Assembly (NCBI GenBank): GCA_044351885.1
Contig: JBILEW010000010.1
Coordinates: 30 to 64,029, forward strand
Length of the DNA: 64,000 bases
Reading direction: 5' to 3'
Origin: Bdellovibrionota bacterium
GTDB taxonomy: Bacteria > Bdellovibrionota_C > UBA2361 > OMII01
The notes beneath the pieces were generated by a model. That model searched no databases and was not told the origin of the DNA. It worked only from the letters and a program-made list of their open reading frames with translations. The first letter of the stretch is position 1, and each line of letters starts with the position of its first letter. The position numbers and the translations under genes are program-made. Below, piece after piece: positions 40,947 to 49,647 of this stretch.

Positions 40947-41282
40947 ACGTGCTCGTGCACGTAAACGTGAACGTACCCGAACGAGCCCCCGCCCGAAATA
41001 GAGCAGTATGCTCGACTATGAAAAATTAGACGTCTATCGAACACTGCTATTTCTCAATAGCACGAGGATCAGTCATGGAGTGTGGCACCATCTTTGATCT
41101 GTTAAACGCTCTAAGCTATGTCGTCCCCCGACGAGGATCGCGCTGGGAAGCGTTTGCTTACAAGGATTGCAGCCATGCTTTCCAATCTATGCCTTCAGTT
41201 GCCATGATCCCTGTTTCGGGTACGTTCACGTTTACGTGCACGTTCACGTCGGCATAACACCGAGTTCTACCCACTCGATTCC
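40941..41282 (+). mobile_element. NCGTRN inverted-repeat element carrying a deleted four-helix-bundle gene (copy 2)
   Basis: Arms 40941-40981 / 41215-41249 with a perfect 28-bp core cgtgcacgtaaacgtgaacgtacccgaa; tail tacccactcgattcc shared with copy 1. Confidence 0.8.
41008..41207 (+). pseudogene. Four-helix-bundle protein remnant
   Basis: MLDYEKLDVYR / YFSIARGSVMECGTIFDLL / DEDRAGKRLLTRIAAMLSNLC in three frames. Confidence 0.75.
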
Positions 41283-41301
41283 GCCAAGACCCTAATATAT
41301 A

Positions 41302-44300
41302 TCAGCAGGACAGACGCTCCCCCCTTATCAGCCTATCGAGCGACTCCAGGGTCGATACATCGATATAGATCACCTCCCCAATTCGTTCGAGTTTACCAGT
41401 AGCCATAAGAGATGCACTCATCATTACCATCTTGTCATGGCGCTCGAAGAGGCTAGGTCGGATGATCAGGTTGAGCGATCCTGTTTCGTCTTCGAGGGTC
41501 ACAAAGACGACCCCTTTGGCCGTACCCGGCCTCTGGCGAATGATCGCGATACCTGCAGCGCAAATAGCAGTGCCTTTTTTCATGCCATGCTTAGAGGAAA
41601 GAGATTCCGCTGTCATGGCTCCCCTCGAATCGAGGTAGCTCCGTACGAATTGCATAGGATGCGCTCGAAGTGACAGTCCGCTCGTTGCATAGTCGCCGAA
41701 CATCTCCCGCTGCATGGAGGATTCCGGCAGAGTAACAGCAGGGCGATCGTCACGAGGCTTCAAAAACTTGTCTAGAGGTGCAGGCCGGTGTCCAAGCTCC
41801 TGTATCTGCCAGTGCGCAGTTCGTCGGTTCAGCTCACATGAGCCGAAGACATCGGCTCGTGCGAGGGTAGTAAGGGTCGATTTAGAAACCCCCACATTTC
41901 GTGCCCAAACGGAGGAGATCGAGTCGTAGGGGCCATCTGACTCAACTGAGCGACGAAGGGCTTCTCCGTGATCTTGTCGTAGGCCGAGCACCAAGCGTAA
42001 CCCTAGTCTTAGTGAAGGACGCGCTTTCTGGGTGTCGCAATAAGATATGGTAGTGTCCCATGCACTGTGATTTGCGTCGATCGGCATGACCTTGACACCG
42101 TGCTTCTGTGCGTCCCGTACTATCTGAGCGGGAGCATAAAACCCCATCGGCTGGCTATTGAGTAATGCACACGCAAACTCCGCGGGATAGTGCCTCTTCA
42201 ACCACGCCGAGGCGTAGACCAAAAGCGCAAACGATGCAGCGTGAGATTCGGGAAATCCGTATTCGCTGAAGCCTTTGATCTGGTTGATGCACGTTTCGGC
42301 GAATTCGACCGAGTAGCCGTTCTCACACATCCCTTTGATGATCTTTTCTTTGAATGTTTGAATCACACCCTTGTGAGATTTCCATGCAGCCATAGCACGC
42401 CGCAGACGCTCGGCTTCCCCAGGACTAAAATTTGCCAAAGAGATCGCAAGTCGCATCGCCTGCTCCTGAAAGATAGGAACTCCAAGGGTCTTACCGAGGA
42501 TCTTCCTGACTCGTTCATCGGGATAGTACGGCTTTTCGAGACCGCTGCGTCTCCGCAGATACGGATGGACCATGTTCCCTTGAATCGGGCCCGGACGAAC
42601 GATTGCGACCTCGATGACGAGATCATAAAAGCAGCGTGGTCGCAGACGCGGAAGCATCGACATCTGCGCGCGTGATTCGACCTGAAAAATTCCAATGGTA
42701 TCCGACGAGCAGAGCATATCGTAGACGGCTGGGTCCTCAGCGGGAATCGAGTGAAGCCCAAGTTTTTCGGATCGGTTGAGGTTGACGAGTTCTAGGGCCT
42801 TACGGATGCACGTAAGCATGCCTAGAGCGAGGATATCGATCTTAAGCATCCCCAACTCCTCGATGTCGTTTTTGTCCCATTCGATAATCGTCCGATCCTG
42901 CATCGATGCGTTTATGATCGGTACTATCTCGCATAGAGGATCGTTACAGATGACGAATCCACCGACGTGCTGAGAGAGATGACGAGGGAAGCCCACTAAT
43001 TCACTGGAAAGAGCGAGAGTGTTCTGTACCGTGGAATCGAACGGATCGAGCCCAAGCTCGCGTAGAGTATCCGCTGTGATTGCGCAGTCGGTCCAGCGGT
43101 GGACACTTTTTGCGAGTCTATCGACCATCTCCAGAGAAAGCCCCAAGACCTTGCCGATCTCACGAACTGCGCTACGTGCGCGATACGTTACTACCTCCGC
43201 GGTAAGAGCAGCGCGTTCTCGTCCGTATTTTGCATAGATGTACTGAATGACCTCCTCTCGCCGCTCGTGTTCGAAGTCGATGTCGATGTCAGGAGGCTCA
43301 CGCCGCTCCTTGCTGACGAAGCGAGCAAAGAGGAGGTCGATGACAGTAGGGTCCACTGACGTGATACCGAGACAGAAACACACTGCTGAGTTCGCAGCAG
43401 CGCCCCTCCCTTGGCACAGGATCCCACGACTTCGAGCGTATCTGACGATGTCATGACAGGTCAGGAAATACTTCTCGTATTCGAGCTCTCGTATGAGTAG
43501 GAGCTCCTGCTCGATTGCCTCAGATACGTGTAGCGGTATTCCGTCGGGATACCGCTCTCGGGCACCGCTTTGAACGCACTCGTAAAGGTATTCGTGAGCG
43601 GACCTGCCTTTAGGACAGATTTCGTCTGGATATGTGTATCGAAGCGAGGAGAGGGAGAATTGCGAGGCTATTTCTGCAATCTCTTGGGTACGGCGAATCG
43701 CGTATGGGATATTGCGGAACAGACGTTGCATTTCATCGGCGGGTTTGAGGAAACGTTCGCCGTTTTGAAAGAGGTCAAAGCCAGCTTGCTGTATCGTACA
43801 TCCGAGGCGAATACAGGTTAGCGCATCCTGCAGCGGCTTACGCTCTGGGATGTGGTAGTATACGTCGTTAGTCGCCACAATCGAGGTATCGAGGGAGCGT
43901 GCTATCTGAAGAGCAGAGTCCACGTATTGTGGATTGAGGAGTCCGTAATTATAGGTGAGCGCAATAGAGAGAAGAGATGAATCCTTTGAGTTATCTCTGA
44001 GTAATTTGCACAGCTCGAAGAATACAGCATGTCGAGAGTTGAAAGAGTTCGAAGACGATTGAGTCTCAGTATTGTGGAAGCGGGTTTGGAAGAACGGCGG
44101 AACGAGAATCGTTACGAACTCATTCTGATAGGGAAGGAAGTCGGCTAGGCTCAAGAAGAAATCGTTCTTCGTAACGTCGCTCTTGCCGAGAGTAATGAGT
44201 CTGCAGAGAGAGCCATAGCTTTCTTTACTTGTCGGATAGACCAATAAGGAGGCTTGATGATACGGAGAGCTTCTCTCTGTCAGGTTGTGTCGTATCTGTC

Positions 44301-44514
44301 CTTGAAAGTCTACCTCTAGTCGGCATCCTACGAGGAGCTGAATTCCTGCGTCTCGAGCCGCAGTATGTGCTCTGACGATACCCGAGAGGGTGTTATAATC
44401 AGTTATTCCGATAGCGGAATATCCGAGCTCAGCGGCTCGCCAGACAAATTCATGTGGATGGCTTGCTCCACGCAGAAACGAAAAGTTGGTGGTGACTTGG
44501 AGTTCGGAGTACAT
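41302..44514 (-). CDS. dnaE2: Error-prone DNA polymerase DnaE2
   Basis: YSEL..TNFSFLRGASHP, QGRGAAANSAVC, PPDIDIDFEHERREEV, YGFPESHAASFA, RQRPGTAKGVVF. Confidence 0.96.
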   Translation of the reverse strand: MYSELQVTTNFSFLRGASHPHEFVWRAAELGYSAIGITDYNTLSGIVRAHTAARDAGIQLLVGCRLEVDFQGQIRHNLTERSSPYHQASLLVYPTSKESYGSLCRLITLGKSDVTKNDFFLSLADFLPYQNEFVTILVPPFFQTRFHNTETQSSSNSFNSRHAVFFELCKLLRDNSKDSSLLSIALTYNYGLLNPQYVDSALQIARSLDTSIVATNDVYYHIPERKPLQDALTCIRLGCTIQQAGFDLFQNGERFLKPADEMQRLFRNIPYAIRRTQEIAEIASQFSLSSLRYTYPDEICPKGRSAHEYLYECVQSGARERYPDGIPLHVSEAIEQELLLIRELEYEKYFLTCHDIVRYARSRGILCQGRGAAANSAVCFCLGITSVDPTVIDLLFARFVSKERREPPDIDIDFEHERREEVIQYIYAKYGRERAALTAEVVTYRARSAVREIGKVLGLSLEMVDRLAKSVHRWTDCAITADTLRELGLDPFDSTVQNTLALSSELVGFPRHLSQHVGGFVICNDPLCEIVPIINASMQDRTIIEWDKNDIEELGMLKIDILALGMLTCIRKALELVNLNRSEKLGLHSIPAEDPAVYDMLCSSDTIGIFQVESRAQMSMLPRLRPRCFYDLVIEVAIVRPGPIQGNMVHPYLRRRSGLEKPYYPDERVRKILGKTLGVPIFQEQAMRLAISLANFSPGEAERLRRAMAAWKSHKGVIQTFKEKIIKGMCENGYSVEFAETCINQIKGFSEYGFPESHAASFALLVYASAWLKRHYPAEFACALLNSQPMGFYAPAQIVRDAQKHGVKVMPIDANHSAWDTTISYCDTQKARPSLRLGLRLVLGLRQDHGEALRRSVESDGPYDSISSVWARNVGVSKSTLTTLARADVFGSCELNRRTAHWQIQELGHRPAPLDKFLKPRDDRPAVTLPESSMQREMFGDYATSGLSLRAHPMQFVRSYLDSRGAMTAESLSSKHGMKKGTAICAAGIAIIRQRPGTAKGVVFVTLEDETGSLNLIIRPSLFERHDKMVMMSASLMATGKLERIGEVIYIDVSTLESLDRLIRGERLSC

Positions 44515-44522
44515 GGTGTCAC

Positions 44523-46115
44523 CTACATCCACATGCCGTGCAGAAACCACTCGAGAGATTGCCGATCTCGATAGACCCACAACCATCGTCCGATCTCGTC
44601 TTGAATCTTGAAGTAGTCCCGCTCCGCAAAGCGATCCTTCTGAAGATTGAGTCGCCACCACTCCGGAGCTATGCGTTCAGGACCTATTCCCGCAGTAATT
44701 GAAAATCGCTTGCCTCGCCAGTTGATGTAGGAGGGGGGTTTGTCGGGGAGCATTGCAATCGTTGAGATCAGCTCCGGTGAGGGAAAGAGGATCGATGGAC
44801 GCTCGTTCAAGTTGTAAGGAACGATCTGTTCGCCGACATGAGAGTCCTCACTTGAAGAAAGAGCGGATCGGTAGGAAAACGAGCGCTCAGGGATGTACGA
44901 TTGACTGAGTTTGGCAAAAGTAACCCTGTCCTTGCCTATACGTACGCAAAAATTGTTCATGAGCTCCTGCTTCTCCTTTTCCGTGGGATATCTCTGCTCG
45001 GAAGGTGAAAATGAAGATTGTTCAGAAGTGGTAGCTTCGATCTGGTGTGCTGCTATTCGCACCTCGCGAACCTCTCCGAAAAATTGAAGGGTGTCGATAA
45101 TCGGTTCGACAATCGAGGACAAGTGGGATTGATCGGAGGTCGCAGTCGCCAGAGAAAGCTCCTTCCTGACAGCGCGATTCGTAGTGTCCAGTATCGTAAG
45201 CTGAAAGTACTTGGCCGCTTTTTTGTGAGCCCTCAGTTCGCTCATGAGCGATTGAAAAAGATGTTGTATAACCATCACTATCGAGCGCCTAGTGACAAGT
45301 GGGGGTTCGAAGGTCCGAGCGGTCTCGAACTCTCGGGGTGCTTCTATCGTAAGAAGCCGTTCCTCTATCTCTCCTAGGGCTTGCTCCAGTCGATACAGAA
45401 GCTTTTTGCCGTAACGCTGACCCAGGGTGTGCCGTGGTAGGGTGAGTAGATTCCCTATGTGTCGTATGCCTACATCCTTCAGGTGTTGCACGCAGGCATC
45501 ATCTACTCTCAGAGCATGCAAAGGGAGATTTTCGAGGGCAGTGGGGATCTCTGCGAACGATAGTATAGCCGATGGATTCTCTGTCCTCATATATCTCGAC
45601 AAAGCCCACGAGGCGCCGATAGTAGGGGTCAGTGCAATTCGAGCTTTTCCCTTGAATATTGAGTGGATAAAGTGCGCGCATCGTTGGAGATCTCCGTGTA
45701 GTCGTTCTGTGCCTGTCAGATCGATCGTTATGCCGTAGTGGGACGCGTCCAATCCTTCTAATGAACTAGAGCCTCGTGCACTGATGAGCTCATGGTCGAG
45801 GCCCACAAGGGGCGAGAATCGAAGGCACCAGCGCGCTAGCGCATAGAGCGCCTCGATATCTCGTAAGGGATCGAACGGTTCTACATAAGCGTCTGGGCAC
45901 AGCGCCTGTGCAAGAGGAAGTGCCATTTGAGGTCGAACACCTGCTCGCAGCGCTCGAGTGCAGTAGCGAGATACGGTTAGTTGGCGTGCTGTCGTACTCG
46001 TCAAAAGTATAGGTGATGATTCACGTTCCGAACCTTTCGAGCGTAGTCTCTTCTTCGTGACCTCTATCGACCAGTGGGGAAAATACGCGCAGAGATATCT
46101 TCTCTCGCTCTTCAT
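44523..46115 (-). CDS. imuB: Y-family polymerase-like mutasome protein ImuB
   Basis: LARWCLRFSP, DLTGTERLHG, GPERIAPEWW, RDYF, WLWVYR, WFLHG; directly upstream of dnaE2. Confidence 0.9.
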   Translation of the reverse strand: MKSERRYLCAYFPHWSIEVTKKRLRSKGSERESSPILLTSTTARQLTVSRYCTRALRAGVRPQMALPLAQALCPDAYVEPFDPLRDIEALYALARWCLRFSPLVGLDHELISARGSSSLEGLDASHYGITIDLTGTERLHGDLQRCAHFIHSIFKGKARIALTPTIGASWALSRYMRTENPSAILSFAEIPTALENLPLHALRVDDACVQHLKDVGIRHIGNLLTLPRHTLGQRYGKKLLYRLEQALGEIEERLLTIEAPREFETARTFEPPLVTRRSIVMVIQHLFQSLMSELRAHKKAAKYFQLTILDTTNRAVRKELSLATATSDQSHLSSIVEPIIDTLQFFGEVREVRIAAHQIEATTSEQSSFSPSEQRYPTEKEKQELMNNFCVRIGKDRVTFAKLSQSYIPERSFSYRSALSSSEDSHVGEQIVPYNLNERPSILFPSPELISTIAMLPDKPPSYINWRGKRFSITAGIGPERIAPEWWRLNLQKDRFAERDYFKIQDEIGRWLWVYRDRQSLEWFLHGMWM

Positions 46116-46926
46116 AACCGCTCTCCAGCCCTACAATCCAAGACCTAATCGAAGGTGACCCTCCTTTGATTCTCTCGAGAGAGAGTCTCCACAAAGGAAA
46201 GTGGTGGGGTGATGGAGTCGGAGAGATAAGCCATTTCGTCGAGGCACTACTTGGTAGATCGAGATCTTTGTACTGACGCAAAAGAAGCGCCGTCGAATTG
46301 TGCGCCTTAGCTGCGTTGCAGAGCCTTTTTGTCGTGGTGAGCGAGATTCGAGGGCAATCCGATATGACCAGCTTGACTGCAGGAGAGCGTAGCGCTGTCT
46401 CTATAGTCCACAAGGTTAGCGTATCCGTAGGCGGATCGATGAAGATGCAGGAGTTCAAGAAACGAAAGGGAAGGGAGAAGGGGGTCGGCCAGCTCCGTTT
46501 TCCGATCCATACGATCAAAAAAGGAAATGTCTTGTCGCTCTCCCGCTCCCACGAACTAAGAGGAGTAGAACAGTAGGAGTGTATCGTTCTTGCAACAAAA
46601 AAAGCGGGTAGCGCGCTAGGTATAGAAGATAAGTTTGTAGAATCTTGATAATAGAATTCATGAATAGCTCCGCAGACCAATCCACCTGAGGGAAGCTGTG
46701 TGTCTATTTCGGAAACATCGAAAGGGATCGCCTTGCGGAGCTCTCCTTGTCGAGAGTGGATCGAGTGATTCGCTCCCTTCTCTGCTCGCCATATAATACC
46801 CTGTGAGATCAGAACTTCGGCCCCCAGGGTAGCGTGAGAAGGGTTTTGTTGTTTCAGAGGCGAGTATGAGTTGTTTACCCGCTCGCAAGGAGCGGTTCGC
46901 AGAAAGGCCATAAGGCAGCTCGTCAT
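46021..46926 (-). CDS. imuA: RecA-like mutasome protein ImuA
   Basis: IDTQLPSGGL..GAIHE, LWTIETALRSPAV, KRL..AA, TKWLISP; overlaps imuB start. Confidence 0.8.
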   Translation of the reverse strand: MTSCLMAFLRTAPCERVNNSYSPLKQQNPSHATLGAEVLISQGIIWRAEKGANHSIHSRQGELRKAIPFDVSEIDTQLPSGGLVCGAIHEFYYQDSTNLSSIPSALPAFFVARTIHSYCSTPLSSWERESDKTFPFLIVWIGKRSWPTPFSLPFRFLNSCIFIDPPTDTLTLWTIETALRSPAVKLVISDCPRISLTTTKRLCNAAKAHNSTALLLRQYKDLDLPSSASTKWLISPTPSPHHFPLWRLSLERIKGGSPSIRSWIVGLESGYEEREKISLRVFSPLVDRGHEEETTLERFGT

Positions 46927-46933
46927 TTTCTAT

Positions 46934-46963
46934 GTTCTAGTATATTTCTATACTAGAAATATA
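46934..46963. promoter_or_regulatory. Candidate operator (SOS-box-like) upstream of imuA
   Basis: Two overlapping perfect palindromes TTCTAGTATA-N4-TATACTAGAA (46935-46958) and TATATTTCTA-N3-TAGAAATATA (46941-46963). Confidence 0.55.
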
Positions 46964-47232
46964 TGCTGATTTCAAGAAAGAAGGTGGAACGAAGATCGTC
47001 GGCTCTGATTTTATCTAGTTATTTCTATATATTAAGCCTGTCCAGAGGTTGTGCTTTTCGACCTTTCCTCAGTAGCATGACAATTTAGCAAGGTTGGAAC
47101 TTCTCGGAGCGGGCCTTTTGGTTTCTGGCTACCGGTCCCCTAAGGGGCTGTAACTATAGGTCAATAAACCGCCTTTTTAAGCGATGGTTAGGGGCGGTAG
47201 CCTCCGAGAAAGTTGGTGTGGATGGAAAGGTT

Positions 47233-47442
47233 ATGAATCTCACAGAACGACTTCGAAAAGCTATTTTAACTTCCAAGCAGTCCAGATACGCGATCGCGAT
47301 TGGGGCTGGTATCGATCACGCAGTCCTGCGTCGTTTTGTTCACGGGGAGCGAGATATTACTCTTGGAACCGCAGAGCATCTCGCCGCATATCTTGGTCTC
47401 GAGTTAGCGCCAAAGAAAACAAAAAAGAAAAAGAAAGATTGA
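47233..47442 (+). CDS. Small XRE/Cro-like HTH protein
   Basis: LTERLRKAI..SRYAIA..AGIDHAVLRRFVHGERDITL.TAEHLAAYLGL; purine-rich RBS. Confidence 0.8.
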   Translation: MNLTERLRKAILTSKQSRYAIAIGAGIDHAVLRRFVHGERDITLGTAEHLAAYLGLELAPKKTKKKKKD

Positions 47443-47454
47443 GAAGGGCCGGGA

Positions 47455-48306
47455 TTATAGATCCTCGACCTTTTCAACGGCATATATCGCGATATCGCAA
47501 CTTTGCGCCTTTTGCAGAACCTCTTGAGGTTCCAGCATGATCGACCTGCCAGCTTCAATCACCAAAGCAGTTAGTCTATTTTGATTCATCAGCTCTATCG
47601 TTCTAACTCCCACTGCTGGGAGATCGATACGCAGATCCTGTATGGATTTTGCGAGCTTGACCAAGACGCCGCCATCTCCTCGCACATCTCCAGCTCGCAT
47701 AATAGTAGCGTCGGTACCTTCGACCGCTTCGACTGCGATTACTGTCTTGTTTCGCACGATGACTGATTGGCCGATATCGAGGTTGCCGATGGCCCGAGCG
47801 GCTTGCCAGCCGATACGTGCGTCGTCTCTCTCCGATTGAGTAAGGTGACGTTGAGTAATTATCCCTGGCTTTGGAACACTTTTGTCGAGCAGGGCGCTCG
47901 CAGCGATCACCTGCATGCCGGAGCTTTCGATCTCGCCGATGATCCCTCTGAGGATCGAGTCGTCATTGAACGATTTCAACTTTGAGAGCATCTTGATCGC
48001 CCTCCAATCCATGCTGAATCCGGTAACGAAGTTGACCCGTTTGACACCACCGGCGAATGCCACTTGGCGAACCCCGGCTTTGGCAAGCGACTTCACCAGT
48101 TTTCCCAACTGTCCGAGGCGAACCCATGTGCAGCGCTCCGAGAGCGCTTCGATGCGCGGATCGGCCTCGTCCTTGATGGCGACCGAGATCACTGAAAGTC
48201 CGCGCGCCCGGGCGTTTTCTGCAATCTCGATTGGGAATCGCCCGTTTCCGGCTACGATGCCGATGGGCGAGGAGAGTTCGATAGTTGAATCGTGTACGGC
48301 TTCCAT
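47455..48306 (-). CDS. lpxI: UDP-2,3-diacylglucosamine diphosphatase LpxI
   Basis: GIVAGNGRFP, LDIGQSV, AVEAVEGTDATI.R, QDLRIDLPAVG. Confidence 0.92.
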   Translation of the reverse strand: MEAVHDSTIELSSPIGIVAGNGRFPIEIAENARARGLSVISVAIKDEADPRIEALSERCTWVRLGQLGKLVKSLAKAGVRQVAFAGGVKRVNFVTGFSMDWRAIKMLSKLKSFNDDSILRGIIGEIESSGMQVIAASALLDKSVPKPGIITQRHLTQSERDDARIGWQAARAIGNLDIGQSVIVRNKTVIAVEAVEGTDATIMRAGDVRGDGGVLVKLAKSIQDLRIDLPAVGVRTIELMNQNRLTALVIEAGRSIMLEPQEVLQKAQSCDIAIYAVEKVEDL

Positions 48307-48426
48307 AGGTGCTTGAGCACGATAGGATTATGAGCAGGGATCGTCAAGGAAGGTCGGTGCACGACTAAGTCCGGCGATAATCGAACCGATCCACCGCCAG
48401 GATAAGGGCGTAGCAGAGCCGACTCT

Positions 48427-48594
48427 GGACCGCGGACTTTCTAGTCCGCTTTCTGCTGGGATCATGATGCTGATAGCTAGCGGAGCGGAAGCTCCGCGGT
48501 CCAAGGGGGTGGAGGTCGGACCGCGGACTTTCTAGTCCGCTTTCTGCTGGGGTCATGATGCTAATAGCTAGCGGAGCGGAAGCTCCGCGGTCCA
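48427..48594. repeat. Tandem pair of 77-bp REPIN-like units (period 91 bp)
   Basis: Each unit: ggaccgcggactttctagtccgc..gcggagcggaagctccgcggtcca; units differ at 2 positions. Confidence 0.85.
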
Positions 48595-48787
48595 GGGGAG
48601 TCGTGATCGATTGCAGAGCCCTACTCTCTGTGTTCCCTGTGATCAGCAGCTTAGCCAATAAATGTCGCCAAGGTTCGAAGTCCGTAGCCCCTGCGTACTA
48701 CGAGAATCCACCAATTTTACCCCGCTGTTGGATCAGTATCCCCCTTTCTCCAGATAAGAGGGTGCAAAGGAGAACAAGGGTACCTTC

Positions 48788-49459
48788 ATGCATCTCTCGA
48801 TCCTCCACATAGAATATGACCTGAACGCGCGGATAAACTTCAAACAAGCCGCGTCACAGATCGCGTCTACGCACTTCCTTTCAGTAGCGGCGTCACTCGG
48901 TGATGCAATCGAAAAGATACGTGACGATCAGACCTTCGATATCATTTATATCTCTAGTCGATTTTCACGTGATGCGATCGCGAAGTTCATACAGGCTGCC
49001 AAAAATACAGAAGCAGGTGAGCACGCAGTCTTCGTCTGTGTATGCTCTGGGGTGTATTGCACCGCCAATGAGCTCGCTGACTATGCATCGATTGGAATCG
49101 AAGCTTTTCTTTTAGCCCCCTATTCGGTCGAGTCGTTCCGTGAGACCTTCGAGATCTCGGAGAGGTTGCTTGCGTCCCACACAAGCAGATCTGAAGATCT
49201 CACGGTTCGCTTACTCGTTCGAGCAACGGTCAGTAACATGGTCGATTGTGCAAGACGCTTCAAAACAGCGAAGCCATTGACGGTTCCACACGCAGAATTG
49301 AAGCGAACTGCCGAGATCGTGCGCGCCCTCCCGAATTCGACTCGACGTAGATTTAAAGAGGCGGTTAACAACGAGTTTTCTAACCAGCGTCCTGAGCGCC
49401 GTCGTCGCTCAAACTCGGATGACTTCTCCTCAAAGACCCAAAAGGCCTCGAATTGGTAA
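48788..49459 (+). CDS. Atypical receiver-domain protein, paralog of 28426-29202
   Basis: ILHIEYD..ARINF, FDIIYISS, IGIEAFLLAPYS; AGGAG upstream. Confidence 0.6.
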   Translation: MHLSILHIEYDLNARINFKQAASQIASTHFLSVAASLGDAIEKIRDDQTFDIIYISSRFSRDAIAKFIQAAKNTEAGEHAVFVCVCSGVYCTANELADYASIGIEAFLLAPYSVESFRETFEISERLLASHTSRSEDLTVRLLVRATVSNMVDCARRFKTAKPLTVPHAELKRTAEIVRALPNSTRRRFKEAVNNEFSNQRPERRRRSNSDDFSSKTQKASNW

Positions 49460-49528
49460 AGCGCTGACTTCGGAGTGTGTCCAGCGAGCGTCCACCGGGC
49501 CGCGCAAGCTCATATTAACCCCCTACAT

Positions 49529-49557
49529 TTGACAATTAGGGCTAGGTCACCCAAGAT
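49529..49557 (+). promoter_or_regulatory. Sigma70-like promoter of the efflux cluster
   Basis: TTGACA-17 bp-CAAGAT with an imperfect 19-bp palindrome in the spacer. Confidence 0.4.
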
Positions 49558-49647
49558 CTGGGCGTCCAGCGCAGGGAAACGCTGAAGCCAGGGAGTCGTA
49601 TCTGCCCAGGAGACTGCCGTTATCTCAATCCACATACGTATCGAATT

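Noticed and set aside
20988-41207. Diversity-generating retroelement (Avd-like fold; two similar copies as TR/VR; FGE-domain gene nearby)
   Set aside because: No reverse transcriptase in the window, differences between copies are not confined to adenines, and no second copy of the FGE gene 3' end was seen.
41075-41257. 60-aa ORF as an intact gene
   Set aside because: It is the middle frame of the four-helix-bundle remnant reading into the repeat arm.
41302-47442. Mutasome as a genomic island or prophage remnant
   Set aside because: Looks slightly more AT-rich by eye, but no integrase, tRNA or att repeats, and composition was not computed.
48427-48594. Mini CRISPR array
   Set aside because: Only two units, the would-be spacers are nearly identical, and there are no cas genes; fits a tandem REPIN.
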